Below, in pieces: positions 46,618 through 57,273 of a DNA stretch of 64,000 nt (position 1 is its first letter; every line of letters begins with the position of its first letter). The notes beneath the pieces are model-generated. The model was given only the letters and a program-made list of their open reading frames with translations. It ran no database searches and was not told where the DNA came from. Made by a program: the position numbers and the translations under genes. The stretch lies in IMG/VR virus record IMGVR_UViG_3300031862_000640; one strand, written 5' to 3'. This stretch comes from an uncultured virus (IMG/VR IMGVR_UViG_3300031862_000640) (taxonomy: Duplodnaviria; Heunggongvirae; Uroviricota; Caudoviricetes).

Positions 46618-46920
46618 ATGATAAAACCTGTTCGTGTCCAGAGGAAACGCACTAAAGGGTTTAATCTTCAGAAAGCCAGTCCGAATGGACTTCCCGTGGC
46701 GTATGTTGGCAGACCAACCAGATACGGAAATCCTTTTGTGCTTGTTGATGAGAAGGATAGAAAAGCTGTGCTTAAACGGTATGAGAAGTGGCTAAAGAAG
46801 ATGCTCAAAAAAGATCCTCATTTCCTTGACCCATTAAAAGGCAAGAATTTAGCTTGCTTTTGCTCACTTGACAAAGAATGCCACGTCGACATACTTTTGA
46901 GATTCTTACAACGTGCCTGA
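46618..46920 (+). CDS. DUF4326-family protein
   Basis: YVGRPTRYGNPF...LKGKNLACFC....CHVDIL. Confidence 0.85.
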   Translation: MIKPVRVQRKRTKGFNLQKASPNGLPVAYVGRPTRYGNPFVLVDEKDRKAVLKRYEKWLKKMLKKDPHFLDPLKGKNLACFCSLDKECHVDILLRFLQRA

Positions 46921-46995
46921 TGGCGTCGAAAATGGATTTAACATTGTTGCACTTTTAGATGTGATGTTTATATATTCAATGATGTTGCAAATGCC
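46920..46995 (+). promoter_or_regulatory. repeated early-type promoter AAATGGATTTAAC...TTTATATA...TTGC
   Basis: Related copies at 46531-46611 and 57528-57605. Confidence 0.65.
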
Positions 46996-47006
46996 TAGGA
47001 CAAAAC

Positions 47007-47462
47007 ATGACAGATTGCATGATACGTGGCAATTTGCATGGCAGTCCTCACCAACCAGTTTGGGAGATATGTAAAATGAACAACAACCAAATGGCGTCGG
47101 CAAATAGCCGAACCTTTGCTCAAGCAATTGCTATGAGCACCAGTTCGAACACCCGCTTTTTTGAGTCGGGAATAGTTGTAGATAAACGAGTTGAAGGAGC
47201 ACACCACAGATTTCATTGCGTCACGCCTTGGACGATCCCCGTAGTTGATGTGGGCGCATGGCTGCAACGACATCAAACACGCAGCGGAATTGACTTGGCA
47301 ACCCTGTCCGTTGGACAGATGAGAAAACACATGGTCAGTCTGGTGCGTGTTGGAATAGACGGCATTAGAAGAATTCTGTTCTCGGAACCTCAGCCAGACG
47401 GCGTGAAGTGTATCGGAATGCGGATGGGCAGAGTAGTTGAAGTGGTCTACTCCTTCGCATAA
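47007..47462 (+). CDS. hypothetical protein
   Basis: First ORF behind the repeated promoter. Confidence 0.5.
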   Translation: MTDCMIRGNLHGSPHQPVWEICKMNNNQMASANSRTFAQAIAMSTSSNTRFFESGIVVDKRVEGAHHRFHCVTPWTIPVVDVGAWLQRHQTRSGIDLATLSVGQMRKHMVSLVRVGIDGIRRILFSEPQPDGVKCIGMRMGRVVEVVYSFA

Positions 47463-47470
47463 AGGGAGGG

Positions 47471-47899
47471 ATGAGAAAAATGCAAAAGGCATCAGCAAAG
47501 AAACAGGTCAAGACCCCCAGCAAGAACAAACCCAGCAAGCCAAAACTAACTTGGCGCAAGAAAGTTGACTGGTCAGCAGCAGGACGAAAGGCTTACGAAA
47601 CACGCATAAAGAATCAGAAGAAGGGCAAGAAAGGCAAGGTAGTCAAGACGCAGAAAGTGAAACCACAGAAGAAAGTGGAAGCCCAGAAGAAACCGACACA
47701 GAAACAGGTCAAGCAGCACGGCAAGAAGAAGACCGTGGGCTTCGGAAACTATCGTGTGAACCGTGATGATCTGGTCAAGAAACTGCAAGCCAGCAAGAAG
47801 ACAGAGTTTGCGCCGACAGAAATAGTATCACTGACATGGGAAGTAATCAAAAGTGCAAAGGCGTCGGCATCGGCAAATAACGGTCGAAAGCACAAGTGA
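47471..47899 (+). CDS. Lys-rich basic protein
   Basis: GGAGG RBS; AAGRKAYETR motif. Confidence 0.7.
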   Translation: MRKMQKASAKKQVKTPSKNKPSKPKLTWRKKVDWSAAGRKAYETRIKNQKKGKKGKVVKTQKVKPQKKVEAQKKPTQKQVKQHGKKKTVGFGNYRVNRDDLVKKLQASKKTEFAPTEIVSLTWEVIKSAKASASANNGRKHK

Positions 47900-48097
47900 G
47901 CTTGACAAAAAGACTCCGTGGAAACAGTTGAGTCTTTGGTATCGCAACTATTTGACAACCCAAGCAATAGACGAAGCTCGTAAGACCTGTAGATGTGTGT
48001 TTCTTCCGAAAGAGACTGTTCCACGAGAATTGTGCCAGAGTTGTTCGACAGTAGAAGATTTGTTAGCGTTAAGACATGGAAAAGGAGTTGATTAGAA

Positions 48098-48274
48098 GTG
48101 GCAGGAAAAAACGGAAAATTTGTGGCTGAGTTTAATTTCCGAAATCCGACCAAGAGAACGTTCAGATTTGAGGAAACCTCAACCGAGCAGAACATCGGCA
48201 CTCTGTATGTTCAACAGAGAGCCTTCAAGACCCAGCCCAAGAAGATCCGTGTGACCGTAGAAGTCATAGAATAG
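48098..48274 (+). CDS. small beta-rich protein (absent from ORF track)
   Basis: Manual translation ...PTKRTFRFEE...IGTLYVQQRAF..QPKKIRVTVE; followed by CCGAG-CAAT-CTCGG-TTTTT hairpin. Confidence 0.6.
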   Translation: MAGKNGKFVAEFNFRNPTKRTFRFEETSTEQNIGTLYVQQRAFKTQPKKIRVTVEVIE

Positions 48275-48314
48275 TACCTTCCCGAGCAATCTCGGTTTTT
48301 AACTAAAAAGGGAG

Positions 48315-49009
48315 ATGAAAGAAATGAAAGCTCGAAAGCTAGTTCTACAAGCTACGGTTATGAGCTTCACCGCAAACATAGCAACCATCAAGATAGGCAA
48401 CCCAGCGAAAGAACGTGAACTGAAAGACTACACGGATCTGGTCTGTCCGACCGACAACAAGAAGACACAATTCCAACCCTCGTCTTACAAATGCACATGT
48501 GGTTTCACCGCAACGACATGGCAGAGTTTGAAACGTGTTGTGAAAAACACAACCACACCACTCGAAATGCCAACACTGACCAAAGGAAACAGCGAAATCG
48601 AAGTTGCCAAAATATACACAAAAGAAGTCGAGGCATTCGCAAAAGAGGCACTTTTCACAAGAGGCTCAGAACGTCCCGTAACAGCGGATGACGACGCCAG
48701 CATCGTCAACTTGTACAAATTGCTGGTCGCTCAAGCAGCGCTTAACCGTGTCATCATCTTAAAGTGGAATGACACGAAAGAGGAAACCGTCGGACTTCTG
48801 ACAGCCACGGAAAACGGCGACATAGTGTTGCGTGAAATCATACCGACAAACAGTTCCAAGTGCATCAGCCAGAGGAAGCAAAGGTCATGGCTATCGGCAG
48901 CATCATGGAGAAAGCAAAACAACGCAAAGAAATCGTTGACAAAACAAACAAGCGTGAAGTCCTAGTTGTAGCTCAACCCCCGAAGAAGAACCAGAAAAAG
49001 AAGAAGTAG
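48315..49009 (+). CDS. Ku-like DNA end-binding protein, apparently frameshifted or deleted near 48855
   Basis: Ku-like pattern (CPTD..K...YKCTCG; LYKLL...NRVIILKW...VGLL...GDIVLREI); plausible basic tail in another frame ending at 49009. Confidence 0.55.
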
Positions 49010-49264
49010 AAAAGGGACCTACGGTGTTCTACGCTAAGATAGCAGACATTATATTTGAAGTAGACGGCACAAGAACGATTCCGAAAACATGGAAACTTTC
49101 CTGCGAACACACTGGATTCAAAGGCGTCTGCATAAGTTGTGCAAAGAAGCTGGCAGAAGCCATCGACCCGCAAAGAACAGGTGCAAAATACATTAAGGAA
49201 TGGGCTAACGTCCAATTCCTCAACTGACCGTGTGCCAATTCGCCAAATTGGAGGAGGCTAAGTA

Positions 49265-49561
49265 ATGGGCTTAGCTTATCAACGGCTGGCGAAACTGAAA
49301 GCACTTGTCATGGATTTACTGCAGGGGAAAACTTGCTTCTTCTGTCACGAACCGTTCGACGACCCGCTTCAAGTCACGGAACATCACATCAACGGCGACC
49401 ACTTCGACAACCGTCCTGAAAACAAATCACCAGCACACGAGAAGTGCCATAGGTCATACCACGCCAAAATCATACTGCATAAGAAAGGCAAGAAACGAGC
49501 CCTACGAGAAGTGCGAACGGCGAAAGGCATTGGCAAAATTCGAGTTCGAGCAACCGCCTAA
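49265..49561 (+). CDS. HNH endonuclease
   Basis: CFFC...HHINGDHFDNRPEN...HEKCH..YH. Confidence 0.85.
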   Translation: MGLAYQRLAKLKALVMDLLQGKTCFFCHEPFDDPLQVTEHHINGDHFDNRPENKSPAHEKCHRSYHAKIILHKKGKKRALREVRTAKGIGKIRVRATA

Positions 49562-50639
49562 AATAGCGGAGAAGCCCGACCTCTTCATCCATTGTGTCCA
49601 TTGCGGGAAGCGGACTTACCAGAGATTCTGGGTCTACATCTTCGGCTCAACCATTGACATAACAAGATGCCTGGAATGCAAGAAGGAGAACTTCGTCAGG
49701 GTCGGAGAAAACGGCGCAGTGTTAGTCATGCTTCCAGAACAAGCATTACGGCAAATAGATGTTGAAGCCTTGGGGCTGGATTAATTCCGAGCATAAAAAA
49801 ACCCGAAGGTGGTTTAGAAAATGTTGAGAAAAAGAGTTAAGCAAGTGCTCTTGACTGGGCAGGTCACGACTATTCGGCAGCCAAGCCCACAAGAGCAGTT
49901 AGAAGAACCCAACCGGGAAAGCCTGGTTAAGATAGTGAAAGAAAGAGGAAAAGCTTGGGGAATAGCAGCATTAGTCGACGGGTCAATAGGATACACAGCG
50001 TTGAAAGCGCCGAACAAATGATAGATGCCCTGCTGAAAGGTCAACGGATTTGTGCATGTGAACGAACAATGGCGTGTTTCCACAGCAACGGCTTGGCAGA
50101 AATAGACCATGACTTCAATTACTTTGGTGGCAAGGACAAATACGCACCAGAACGTGTGCGTTTGCTCGTAAACTACGTGAAGGAAATCCTCAGACAGAAC
50201 AAGAAACGTGGCAGACCACGCAGTTGGATAGAACAAACAAGCGAGAGTATGACGTATCCAACAAGTATGGCGAATGTTGGAGTTGACAAAACATGAGCAA
50301 GTACGTAGTGTTTCTTAATGCACCACCGTTTCCTTTTCGGGGTTATTCACTTGAAGCCATCAAAATTCCAAAGAGCAAAACCTTAGACGATATTAGAGAT
50401 CTACTTCCGCCAAACCTAGTCAACCACGTTGAAGTTGAAGCTGACAATATTCACGAAGCAAAAGCCGTTGGGCTCGCTAAACTCGTGAACGGAGATTAAG
50501 GAGGGATGGCGTTGGCAAAATGTGAAGAATGTGGACAAGAAGAAGCTACGTGTGAATGTTCAAGCTGTGGCAAACAAGTCTGCGAGTCATGCTTCGATTT
50601 CTATCACGGCAAGAATTGTGATGAAGGAGCAATACTCAG

Positions 50640-51134
50640 ATGTCAAAGTCAAAGACAAGTATGAAAGCAACAGAATTGAACCAAGTGCAACGCACTATTC
50701 TGGAGCAGCTTAACAGTTTAGACCCAATATGGCGAATAGATTACCGTGTTGAAACCATTGTCACTATAGACGAGAACACGTTAAGACTGTGTTGCCGAAC
50801 CAAAGAGCGCACGGTCAATTTTGACATCAAGTATAAACCTGTTCCAGACAGCTACGATGTCACCGCATATTTGCTGTGGAATCACGGCTTAGACGTTGCA
50901 ACTATTGTGGAAGCAAAAGATGTTATGTGGGATAATCTGGCAGAATTGCTGAGAGAAGCCCATGAACCAGTCCAAATATGCAACCAATGCGGCAGGTCGG
51001 TCAAACCCGGTACAGGTCTGTTTGTCAATAGAGTGCCCAGCTTCGACAATGCAGAAATCAGATTCGAAACATGTTATCCGCATCCAGAAGGAGACTTCAC
51101 CTGCTATGAATGTGACCAACATGAGGATGAATAA
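50640..51134 (+). CDS. hypothetical protein with C-terminal zinc finger
   Basis: CNQCGRSV..G.GLFVNRVP...CYECD. Confidence 0.6.
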   Translation: MSKSKTSMKATELNQVQRTILEQLNSLDPIWRIDYRVETIVTIDENTLRLCCRTKERTVNFDIKYKPVPDSYDVTAYLLWNHGLDVATIVEAKDVMWDNLAELLREAHEPVQICNQCGRSVKPGTGLFVNRVPSFDNAEIRFETCYPHPEGDFTCYECDQHEDE

Positions 51135-52161
51135 TGACAAAACAAAACGCCAGAGACCAAAGGCTAAATCAAAAAAGATTAAGGAGAGATAAAAAGAAAC
51201 GAGAGGAAGAAATTGCAAAATGGATGTGGATGTGATGGAAATTCAACACTTCTGTGGGAAATGTGGAACGCCGTTAGAAAAGGTTAAGGGAACCAAAGCA
51301 ACTTACAAATGTCCTAAGTGTGGAGCAACTGTTTCTATGAAATGGAAAAAGACTATTGGAAGTGAAGCGATTGGACTTCAGACAACTTGACCAGAAGGGG
51401 TTAACCATCTGCCCGCAATGCGACAAACACTATAAACCAGTGCTTGGCGAACGCCCCAAAGGTGACAATAGACCTATTCAACAGATTTTTCCAAATGCTT
51501 TACCATGGCAACGAGAACAGCTCATAACAGGTATATGTTCGGACCCGTGCTGGAAAAAATATCTTGGTCAAGAGGAATGAATCATGGGTGCATGGAATAT
51601 GGCTGAGAAAATTGACATGCCCAACAAAGAAATCTTCAGTATTCGATTAATTGAAGGAGTAGCTTCAGTGCATCGTTCGCAGATAATGGAAATGAGGCGG
51701 TCGAAGGATACAGGTAATGTTTTTGTAAGGTTCAAAGATTCACATGGAAAAGAATTAATCGGCTTGCTTAGAGGAGACTTGTGAAATGAAATGCGGTGGC
51801 GACGTAGTTCCAGTCGCGGCTTGGATTCGCGGACGCCAAACGTATCAATGCCAAAAATGCGGGCAAGCCTACTATCATTACAGGAAAAAATGCAATAGAG
51901 AAGTGTGAAGGCGTTGGCACAACATAAAGAAACTCTTGAAAAGATTCTGGAGCTGCTGAAAAAGCAGTATCCTACAGACAAAATAATTTTCCAAGGATTG
52001 CAGTATTTTGACGACAGGAAGCCACTGGTAGTTGTCATAACCATTCACCATGACGACCATGATAATGCCGACCGTCTGAGACAATATTCTCTCTACACCA
52101 CGATAAAACAAGAACAGATCCTGATCCCAAAAATCGTAGCTATGGAATTTGAGGCGAAATA

Positions 52162-52593
52162 ATGCAATGTCCTGACTGCGGAACGGAAATGTGGCAAACT
52201 GGCTGGGGAACAAGCGAAGCATATACTTGTCCGAAGTGCAGTTGCTACATAGAAATTCATCATCGACAAAAGGCGCAGGCAAAAAGCGCTGAAGAAGAAC
52301 CATACTGCATTTGTTGCGGCAAGCTGATGAGCTACATACGTGCAAAGTTGGAGAGAAAGAAGTTTGTTGACGGCAAACGGTTCTGGAAAGGACACTTCCA
52401 ATACCAAAGCCATCCAAAGGACATCTATGACAGAAACTTCGTCAAACATTGCGAGCATTGTGGACACAGACTATTAGATGGCGACGTACATACTGTCAGC
52501 GAGTTTATGGGAATGTATGGTTCAGCAAGAGCCAACCAGACAATTCTGACAGGCTACAAGTGTAGCAAGTGTGGTTTTGAAACAGAATTTTAG
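52162..52593 (+). CDS. multi-zinc-ribbon protein
   Basis: Five CxxC motifs. Confidence 0.6.
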   Translation: MQCPDCGTEMWQTGWGTSEAYTCPKCSCYIEIHHRQKAQAKSAEEEPYCICCGKLMSYIRAKLERKKFVDGKRFWKGHFQYQSHPKDIYDRNFVKHCEHCGHRLLDGDVHTVSEFMGMYGSARANQTILTGYKCSKCGFETEF

Positions 52594-52605
52594 GAGGTTG
52601 ATATT

Positions 52606-52980
52606 ATGGGAGGAGAAATGTGTTTAGCAGGTTTTGAGAAACCTGAAAAGATGAGCATGGCAGACTTCAAAGCAAAACTATTAGCCAATGTTGAAGCGCT
52701 GACGCTTGAAGCCGACATGGATGCTATCGAAAGCTTCTTCGAAAATCTGTCGGGAGACATCCCCGAAATCATAGACATCGAACAGGTCAAAAAACAATTC
52801 AGAGAAATCATTGAGGAAACAATAAAGCATTCAGAATATCGTGACGTAACCATCTACCATCACAAAGGTGTCGACATTTACCTTTCAGGCGGAATGTCGT
52901 GGGGCGACGGACCGACAGACAGTTACGATGTCTTTGAACAGTTCCAGTACCTACCCGAAAAAGTTACGGTGATGGAATAA
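52606..52980 (+). CDS. acidic hypothetical protein
   Basis: GGAGG RBS; LSGGMSWGDGPTDSY. Confidence 0.6.
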   Translation: MGGEMCLAGFEKPEKMSMADFKAKLLANVEALTLEADMDAIESFFENLSGDIPEIIDIEQVKKQFREIIEETIKHSEYRDVTIYHHKGVDIYLSGGMSWGDGPTDSYDVFEQFQYLPEKVTVME

Positions 52981-54134
52981 TGGTTAAGACATCAAACAAA
53001 GACGCAGAAGTAATGAAGCTAAAGCCTGACATGGTGCTCGTGCCAAGCCCACAATCGAAGTATTGGGCTCGGTCGAACGAATTACAACTGAACGAAAACT
53101 CGCTTGCCATCGCGAAAGCGGATGGTGAGTTCAATTTACTGGTGTATTCAAACGGTGTAGCAACTACGCGAAACAAATATGGCAGATGTGAAGACAGCAA
53201 CAATGTTCCAGCATTACAGGAATTGGCGCAACTACTTAAGAAACGGGTGTCGTCGCTGAAATCTGCTAAATTTCTCGTAGAGATGTATGCTAAGGACAAG
53301 AATGGCAAACCGTTAAAGGTCAGCGACTTCATCCATTACTTGAAGGGCAAAGACCACAAAGATAAATATTGCAAGTATAAGCTCTGCTACGGAATGTCAG
53401 TTAAAGCAGTGCACGGTTTAATTTGTCTTGGACTGTTTGATCTGGTTGAAGTAGACGGCAAGAAGATCAACATTGACTGGGACTGGAAACTAAATGAAAT
53501 GGATAGCATGATTAATGGCGGATCAGTTCGGGTGCATGTTTTACCGTTTATGCATGTCAAAACCAAGAAGGATGTTGAGAGGGCGTGGCAAGAATATAAA
53601 CTTCGCAGAGGCTATGAAGGGCTTGTGGTTCACACGGATGGCGTAACCTCAAAATTGAAGCCTGAAATCGAATTGGACGCGGTAATAGTGGCAGTGCAGA
53701 AGAATGACGGATACCGAAAGAAATCGGTGACAAGCGTAAGATGTGCATTGATGACTGGTCCGAACACATTCCTGGAAATCGGCGATGTGTCATCGGGCAT
53801 AACCCATGCGTTGCGAGCGGAGTTGTGGAAATTCAAGACTGAGTTTCTTCTGGATGAGAACAGCAAGTTTGCTTATGTTCATCCGTTGGTAGTGATTAAA
53901 CTTCGAGTCAATGGCCTGTATTGCCATCAGATGCCAAAATGGAAACTGGTCAACGGCAAACGAGTAGACCTTGGCTCGGCAGACTCGATAACCATGCGCC
54001 ATCCGACACTTGAAGAAATCCGAGAAGACAAGCGCCCGTCGGTCAAGGAAACGGGACTTTTGCAGGTGCCTAAAATAGTTCCGAATGGCTTTCATCTTGA
54101 TGAAAAAGATGTGGATGTGAAAAGACATTTCTGA
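52980..54134 (+). CDS. minimal ATP-dependent DNA ligase
   Basis: Motif I KADG, IIIa LFDLV, IV YEGLVV, V KLKP, OB fold IGDVSSG, VI RHP....REDK. Confidence 0.85.
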   Translation: MVKTSNKDAEVMKLKPDMVLVPSPQSKYWARSNELQLNENSLAIAKADGEFNLLVYSNGVATTRNKYGRCEDSNNVPALQELAQLLKKRVSSLKSAKFLVEMYAKDKNGKPLKVSDFIHYLKGKDHKDKYCKYKLCYGMSVKAVHGLICLGLFDLVEVDGKKINIDWDWKLNEMDSMINGGSVRVHVLPFMHVKTKKDVERAWQEYKLRRGYEGLVVHTDGVTSKLKPEIELDAVIVAVQKNDGYRKKSVTSVRCALMTGPNTFLEIGDVSSGITHALRAELWKFKTEFLLDENSKFAYVHPLVVIKLRVNGLYCHQMPKWKLVNGKRVDLGSADSITMRHPTLEEIREDKRPSVKETGLLQVPKIVPNGFHLDEKDVDVKRHF

Positions 54135-54762
54135 AAGAGGATGGAGAGCAATTCGTTGTGAACAGTGCCAAACCAAATATCGAAACGGGTATAGGCGTGA
54201 ACAGTATCGGCGAGACCCACAAAGGTTTCGTGACTACGTTAAGAAAAACATCGACCAACTTGGTAAAGAAGGCAGGAGACAGCGCCATAAAAAGGATTGG
54301 GAAAAATATCATGTAAGACGTCGGGCGCACGCCAAACAATATTATGAAGATGTTTTCTTGAAGCAACGAGCAGAGTGGGGATTTAGCAACAAAGAAGTAG
54401 CTGAAAAAGCTGAAAGAATAGCGATTCCAATTCTTGAAGAAAAAGGATTCAGCGACTTGTGGAAGGTGAACCGAGCTTTTCCTTTTGACGTAATAGCGAA
54501 GAAGGATGGAGACATTTACTTCATTGAAGTTACATCTTGCTATAAAAAAATGATTAAGTCGCATCAACAGAAACTTGCAAGCTATTTAGGTATTCAAATG
54601 CTTGTTCTTTTTATAAAGCCAGACTTGACGCAGTACAAATTAGTCTCGCCCGTAACTCGCAATGTGTGCGTCTTCTCAAAGTTTCAGCCAGAAGGAACGA
54701 CAAAAACTCCATCGTTAATATACGAAAAATACATACAAGAACGGATAGTGACAGAGCCTTGA
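54121..54762 (+). CDS. PD-(D/E)xK endonuclease with basic/Cys N-terminus (start unclear)
   Basis: AE....ILEEKGF...PFDVIAKK...FIEV; frame open from 54121. Confidence 0.65.
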   Translation, partial: KDISERGWRAIRCEQCQTKYRNGYRREQYRRDPQRFRDYVKKNIDQLGKEGRRQRHKKDWEKYHVRRRAHAKQYYEDVFLKQRAEWGFSNKEVAEKAERIAIPILEEKGFSDLWKVNRAFPFDVIAKKDGDIYFIEVTSCYKKMIKSHQQKLASYLGIQMLVLFIKPDLTQYKLVSPVTRNVCVFSKFQPEGTTKTPSLIYEKYIQERIVTEP

Positions 54763-54863
54763 TTCCACATCGAGGAAGAAATCTACAAGAGATAGGCTTA
54801 AACCAAATCCCCAAGATAGTTCCGAGCGGCAATAATCTTAATGAGAAAGACATAGACATATAG

Positions 54864-54882
54864 ATGTTCGTCGGACGAACAT
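54864..54882. repeat. palindrome copy 3 (19 bp, ATGTTCGTCGGACGAACAT)
   Basis: Perfect inverted repeat directly after the duplicated ligase stop. Confidence 0.9.
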
Positions 54883-55165
54883 TTTTAAAGAAGAAACCAA
54901 TAAGAAATAACTGTGGTTTCTGGCAAGGAGAGACAAAAACGAAAAAAATGCCAAGATTGATTTATTGTCTTCGATGCAAGATACTTTACAAGGTGTTTCC
55001 GCAAATAGGAGCAATGAAAGTAAGAAATAATGTCTTAAGGCTTCAAATAATCGTTGAAAAAGTGAAGTTGCGATATAGACGATGGCAATGTAACAGGCTT
55101 CTTTATCGGTTTTTGGAAGTTGAAGGAAAGAAAATACCCAAACTTGTTAGCGGAGCTGACGTTGA

Positions 55166-55669
55166 GTGAGCGCATACAATTTTCCTGAGAGCCTGCAGAC
55201 AGGTAACAACCTCTCAAAAAGAGCCCTTGAACCGCCACACAGAAGACTACTTGAGGAAACCCTCAAACTCTTAGCGCACAAGTACCATTACCTCACGATT
55301 TCACCAGTCCGTGATTCAGTTGGCACATTCGCATATCTCGTGCGCGACCCACACAACCAAAGAGCCTACCTCATAGCAAAAGCAAGCCGCATATGGCAGG
55401 ACACAATAAGCTGCCAAGCATTCTTCCCTAATCGACTACAAACCGAGAAACGACCCCTAATGCTCGCACTCTACAACGAAGACACAAACGAAACTAAATT
55501 CTATCTATTCGACCCAACAGCCATCATCAAATTTGTCAAAGCCAACCCAAACTTCGGATACGACCCGAGATTTGATGTTCAAATGGTGAACTTTAGCATG
55601 AACCTCGCCCACGCATTTGACCCAAGCACAAGCTTGGAAGAAGCATGGAACCAAATAAAATCTCAATGA
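55166..55669 (+). CDS. hypothetical protein
   Basis: 167-aa ORF. Confidence 0.55.
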   Translation: MSAYNFPESLQTGNNLSKRALEPPHRRLLEETLKLLAHKYHYLTISPVRDSVGTFAYLVRDPHNQRAYLIAKASRIWQDTISCQAFFPNRLQTEKRPLMLALYNEDTNETKFYLFDPTAIIKFVKANPNFGYDPRFDVQMVNFSMNLAHAFDPSTSLEEAWNQIKSQ

Positions 55670-55849
55670 GATTTGAGAACATATGTTCGCCGAAATGACG
55701 AAGTTGACTGCGATTAAGGGCGTAGTTTGTTGCTTGGACTATGTGCCAAGCAAGTCAAGAAAATAATTGGTGAAGGTGATTTGTAGAATGAAGTTGTTTG
55801 AACCGAACGAGTTTGTAGAGAACTCGGCAAGAATGGAGAGTGAAGAAGT

Positions 55850-56227
55850 TTGGCCGGAATAATAGCGTTTCTCGACCAAAATTCCGTCACTGGCGGTAAA
55901 CTGGTGTTGTTTTGTTTTGACGATGAGACATGCGAAGAGGTTGAAGCTGAACTCGAGAACTCAGATAAATCTAATATCACAGACATCTACAAGCGATTAC
56001 GCAAGGAAAGTGGGCATTGTATCTTTGCTGAGATAACCCTTGACTCAATTTGGAACGTAGCGATGAAAGGTAAGATGAGACATGAGGAATTAAAGATGGC
56101 TATCAATGAGTCGAATTTGACCGAGGAATCAAAAGAAATGTTGAAAACAATTTTATCAGACTTCGCAGGTGAAACTTGGCGGAGAAGAAAACGGTGGAAT
56201 CTTTTACGGCCCCCATCAATCTGTTAG
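55850..56227 (+). CDS. hypothetical protein, 3' end overlapped by a foreign fragment
   Basis: ORF runs into the phosphohexomutase fragment. Confidence 0.5.
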   Translation: MAGIIAFLDQNSVTGGKLVLFCFDDETCEEVEAELENSDKSNITDIYKRLRKESGHCIFAEITLDSIWNVAMKGKMRHEELKMAINESNLTEESKEMLKTILSDFAGETWRRRKRWNLLRPPSIC

Positions 56228-56255
56228 GGATGGAGCAATGGCAACAGCCTTAATC
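56169..56255 (+). pseudogene. fragment of a phosphoglucosamine/phosphomannomutase gene
   Basis: LGGEENGGIFYGPHQSVRDGAMATALI matches the GGEExGG...RDG sugar-binding loop region. Confidence 0.75.
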
Positions 56256-56721
56256 CGACATCTAAGGAGAAGGGAAAAACATGGCAAGACCGCAAGAGGA
56301 ACATACGAGCAACTTTTCGTTGATAAAGGAAGAAGGGCGAGTCCCCGAACCTTTCAAGGCTACCCTCATAGATGCGAGAACCAAAAAAGAAGCGGAAACT
56401 CTATTTCGAAAAGAGCATAGCGAAAAAGAAGCACAGATAGATGAGATTCAAGTGAACATGTTCTGTGCGATGGTGATTTGGCACTCCCCTAAGACTCCAA
56501 CAGTCTGAAGATAGTGAAAACTATGGACGAGACTGAGGAACATTTGAGAAACCGTCTAAAAGAACACGGTTACAAATTGATTAAAATTACTCACTTCAAA
56601 AGGTTTGACCGTGTGACCTTTGGCAACAGAAAAGTCAAAATAAGCATTAATTTAAGGGGAAAGCTAAGCGAACTTGCTTTTGAAACCCTGGTCGAAGCTT
56701 GCGTAGGAAGGAGGTGAAAAA

Positions 56722-57273
56722 ATGGTAAGAGAAGATACATTCCCACGATATGACGTTCAGGAATACGGACAATTAATCATGGACACAATCGCTAAGGCTT
56801 TAGCAGCTTTGAAGGAGTTAGGAGTCACTCATGCAGTATATTGGTCATTTCCATGGGCACTACCTAAGAGAGATGACTACATCACACGCATAGAGGTTCC
56901 AGTTGACCAGTTTCCTTACAAGAGCACAGGTGTCGATGTGCGCGTAGATAATGTCGACAAGTTTGATTTGACTCTACGCATTGCCGAAGACAAGGCTGTT
57001 CTTGAGGCAGAGATGACAATTAACGAATTATTGACGCCACAATACCAAGGAATCCTTGACGCATTGTCTGCTGATGCAGTGCTTAAACTGGTTAATTCGC
57101 TTGAAAAATGGGTCAATGACCGTCATAAGAGTATTCAGGATAGCTACCAAAAGGATCCCGCGAGGATGAGATGGTATCTTACCGAACCTGACCTCTTGTG
57201 GAGAAAGCAGATGTGCAAAGAGCTACATAGCGTTCTTGTGAGGAAATCAGAAGCTCTATCAGAGGAGACATGA
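56722..57273 (+). CDS. hypothetical protein
   Basis: GGAGGTGA RBS; 183 aa. Confidence 0.6.
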   Translation: MVREDTFPRYDVQEYGQLIMDTIAKALAALKELGVTHAVYWSFPWALPKRDDYITRIEVPVDQFPYKSTGVDVRVDNVDKFDLTLRIAEDKAVLEAEMTINELLTPQYQGILDALSADAVLKLVNSLEKWVNDRHKSIQDSYQKDPARMRWYLTEPDLLWRKQMCKELHSVLVRKSEALSEET

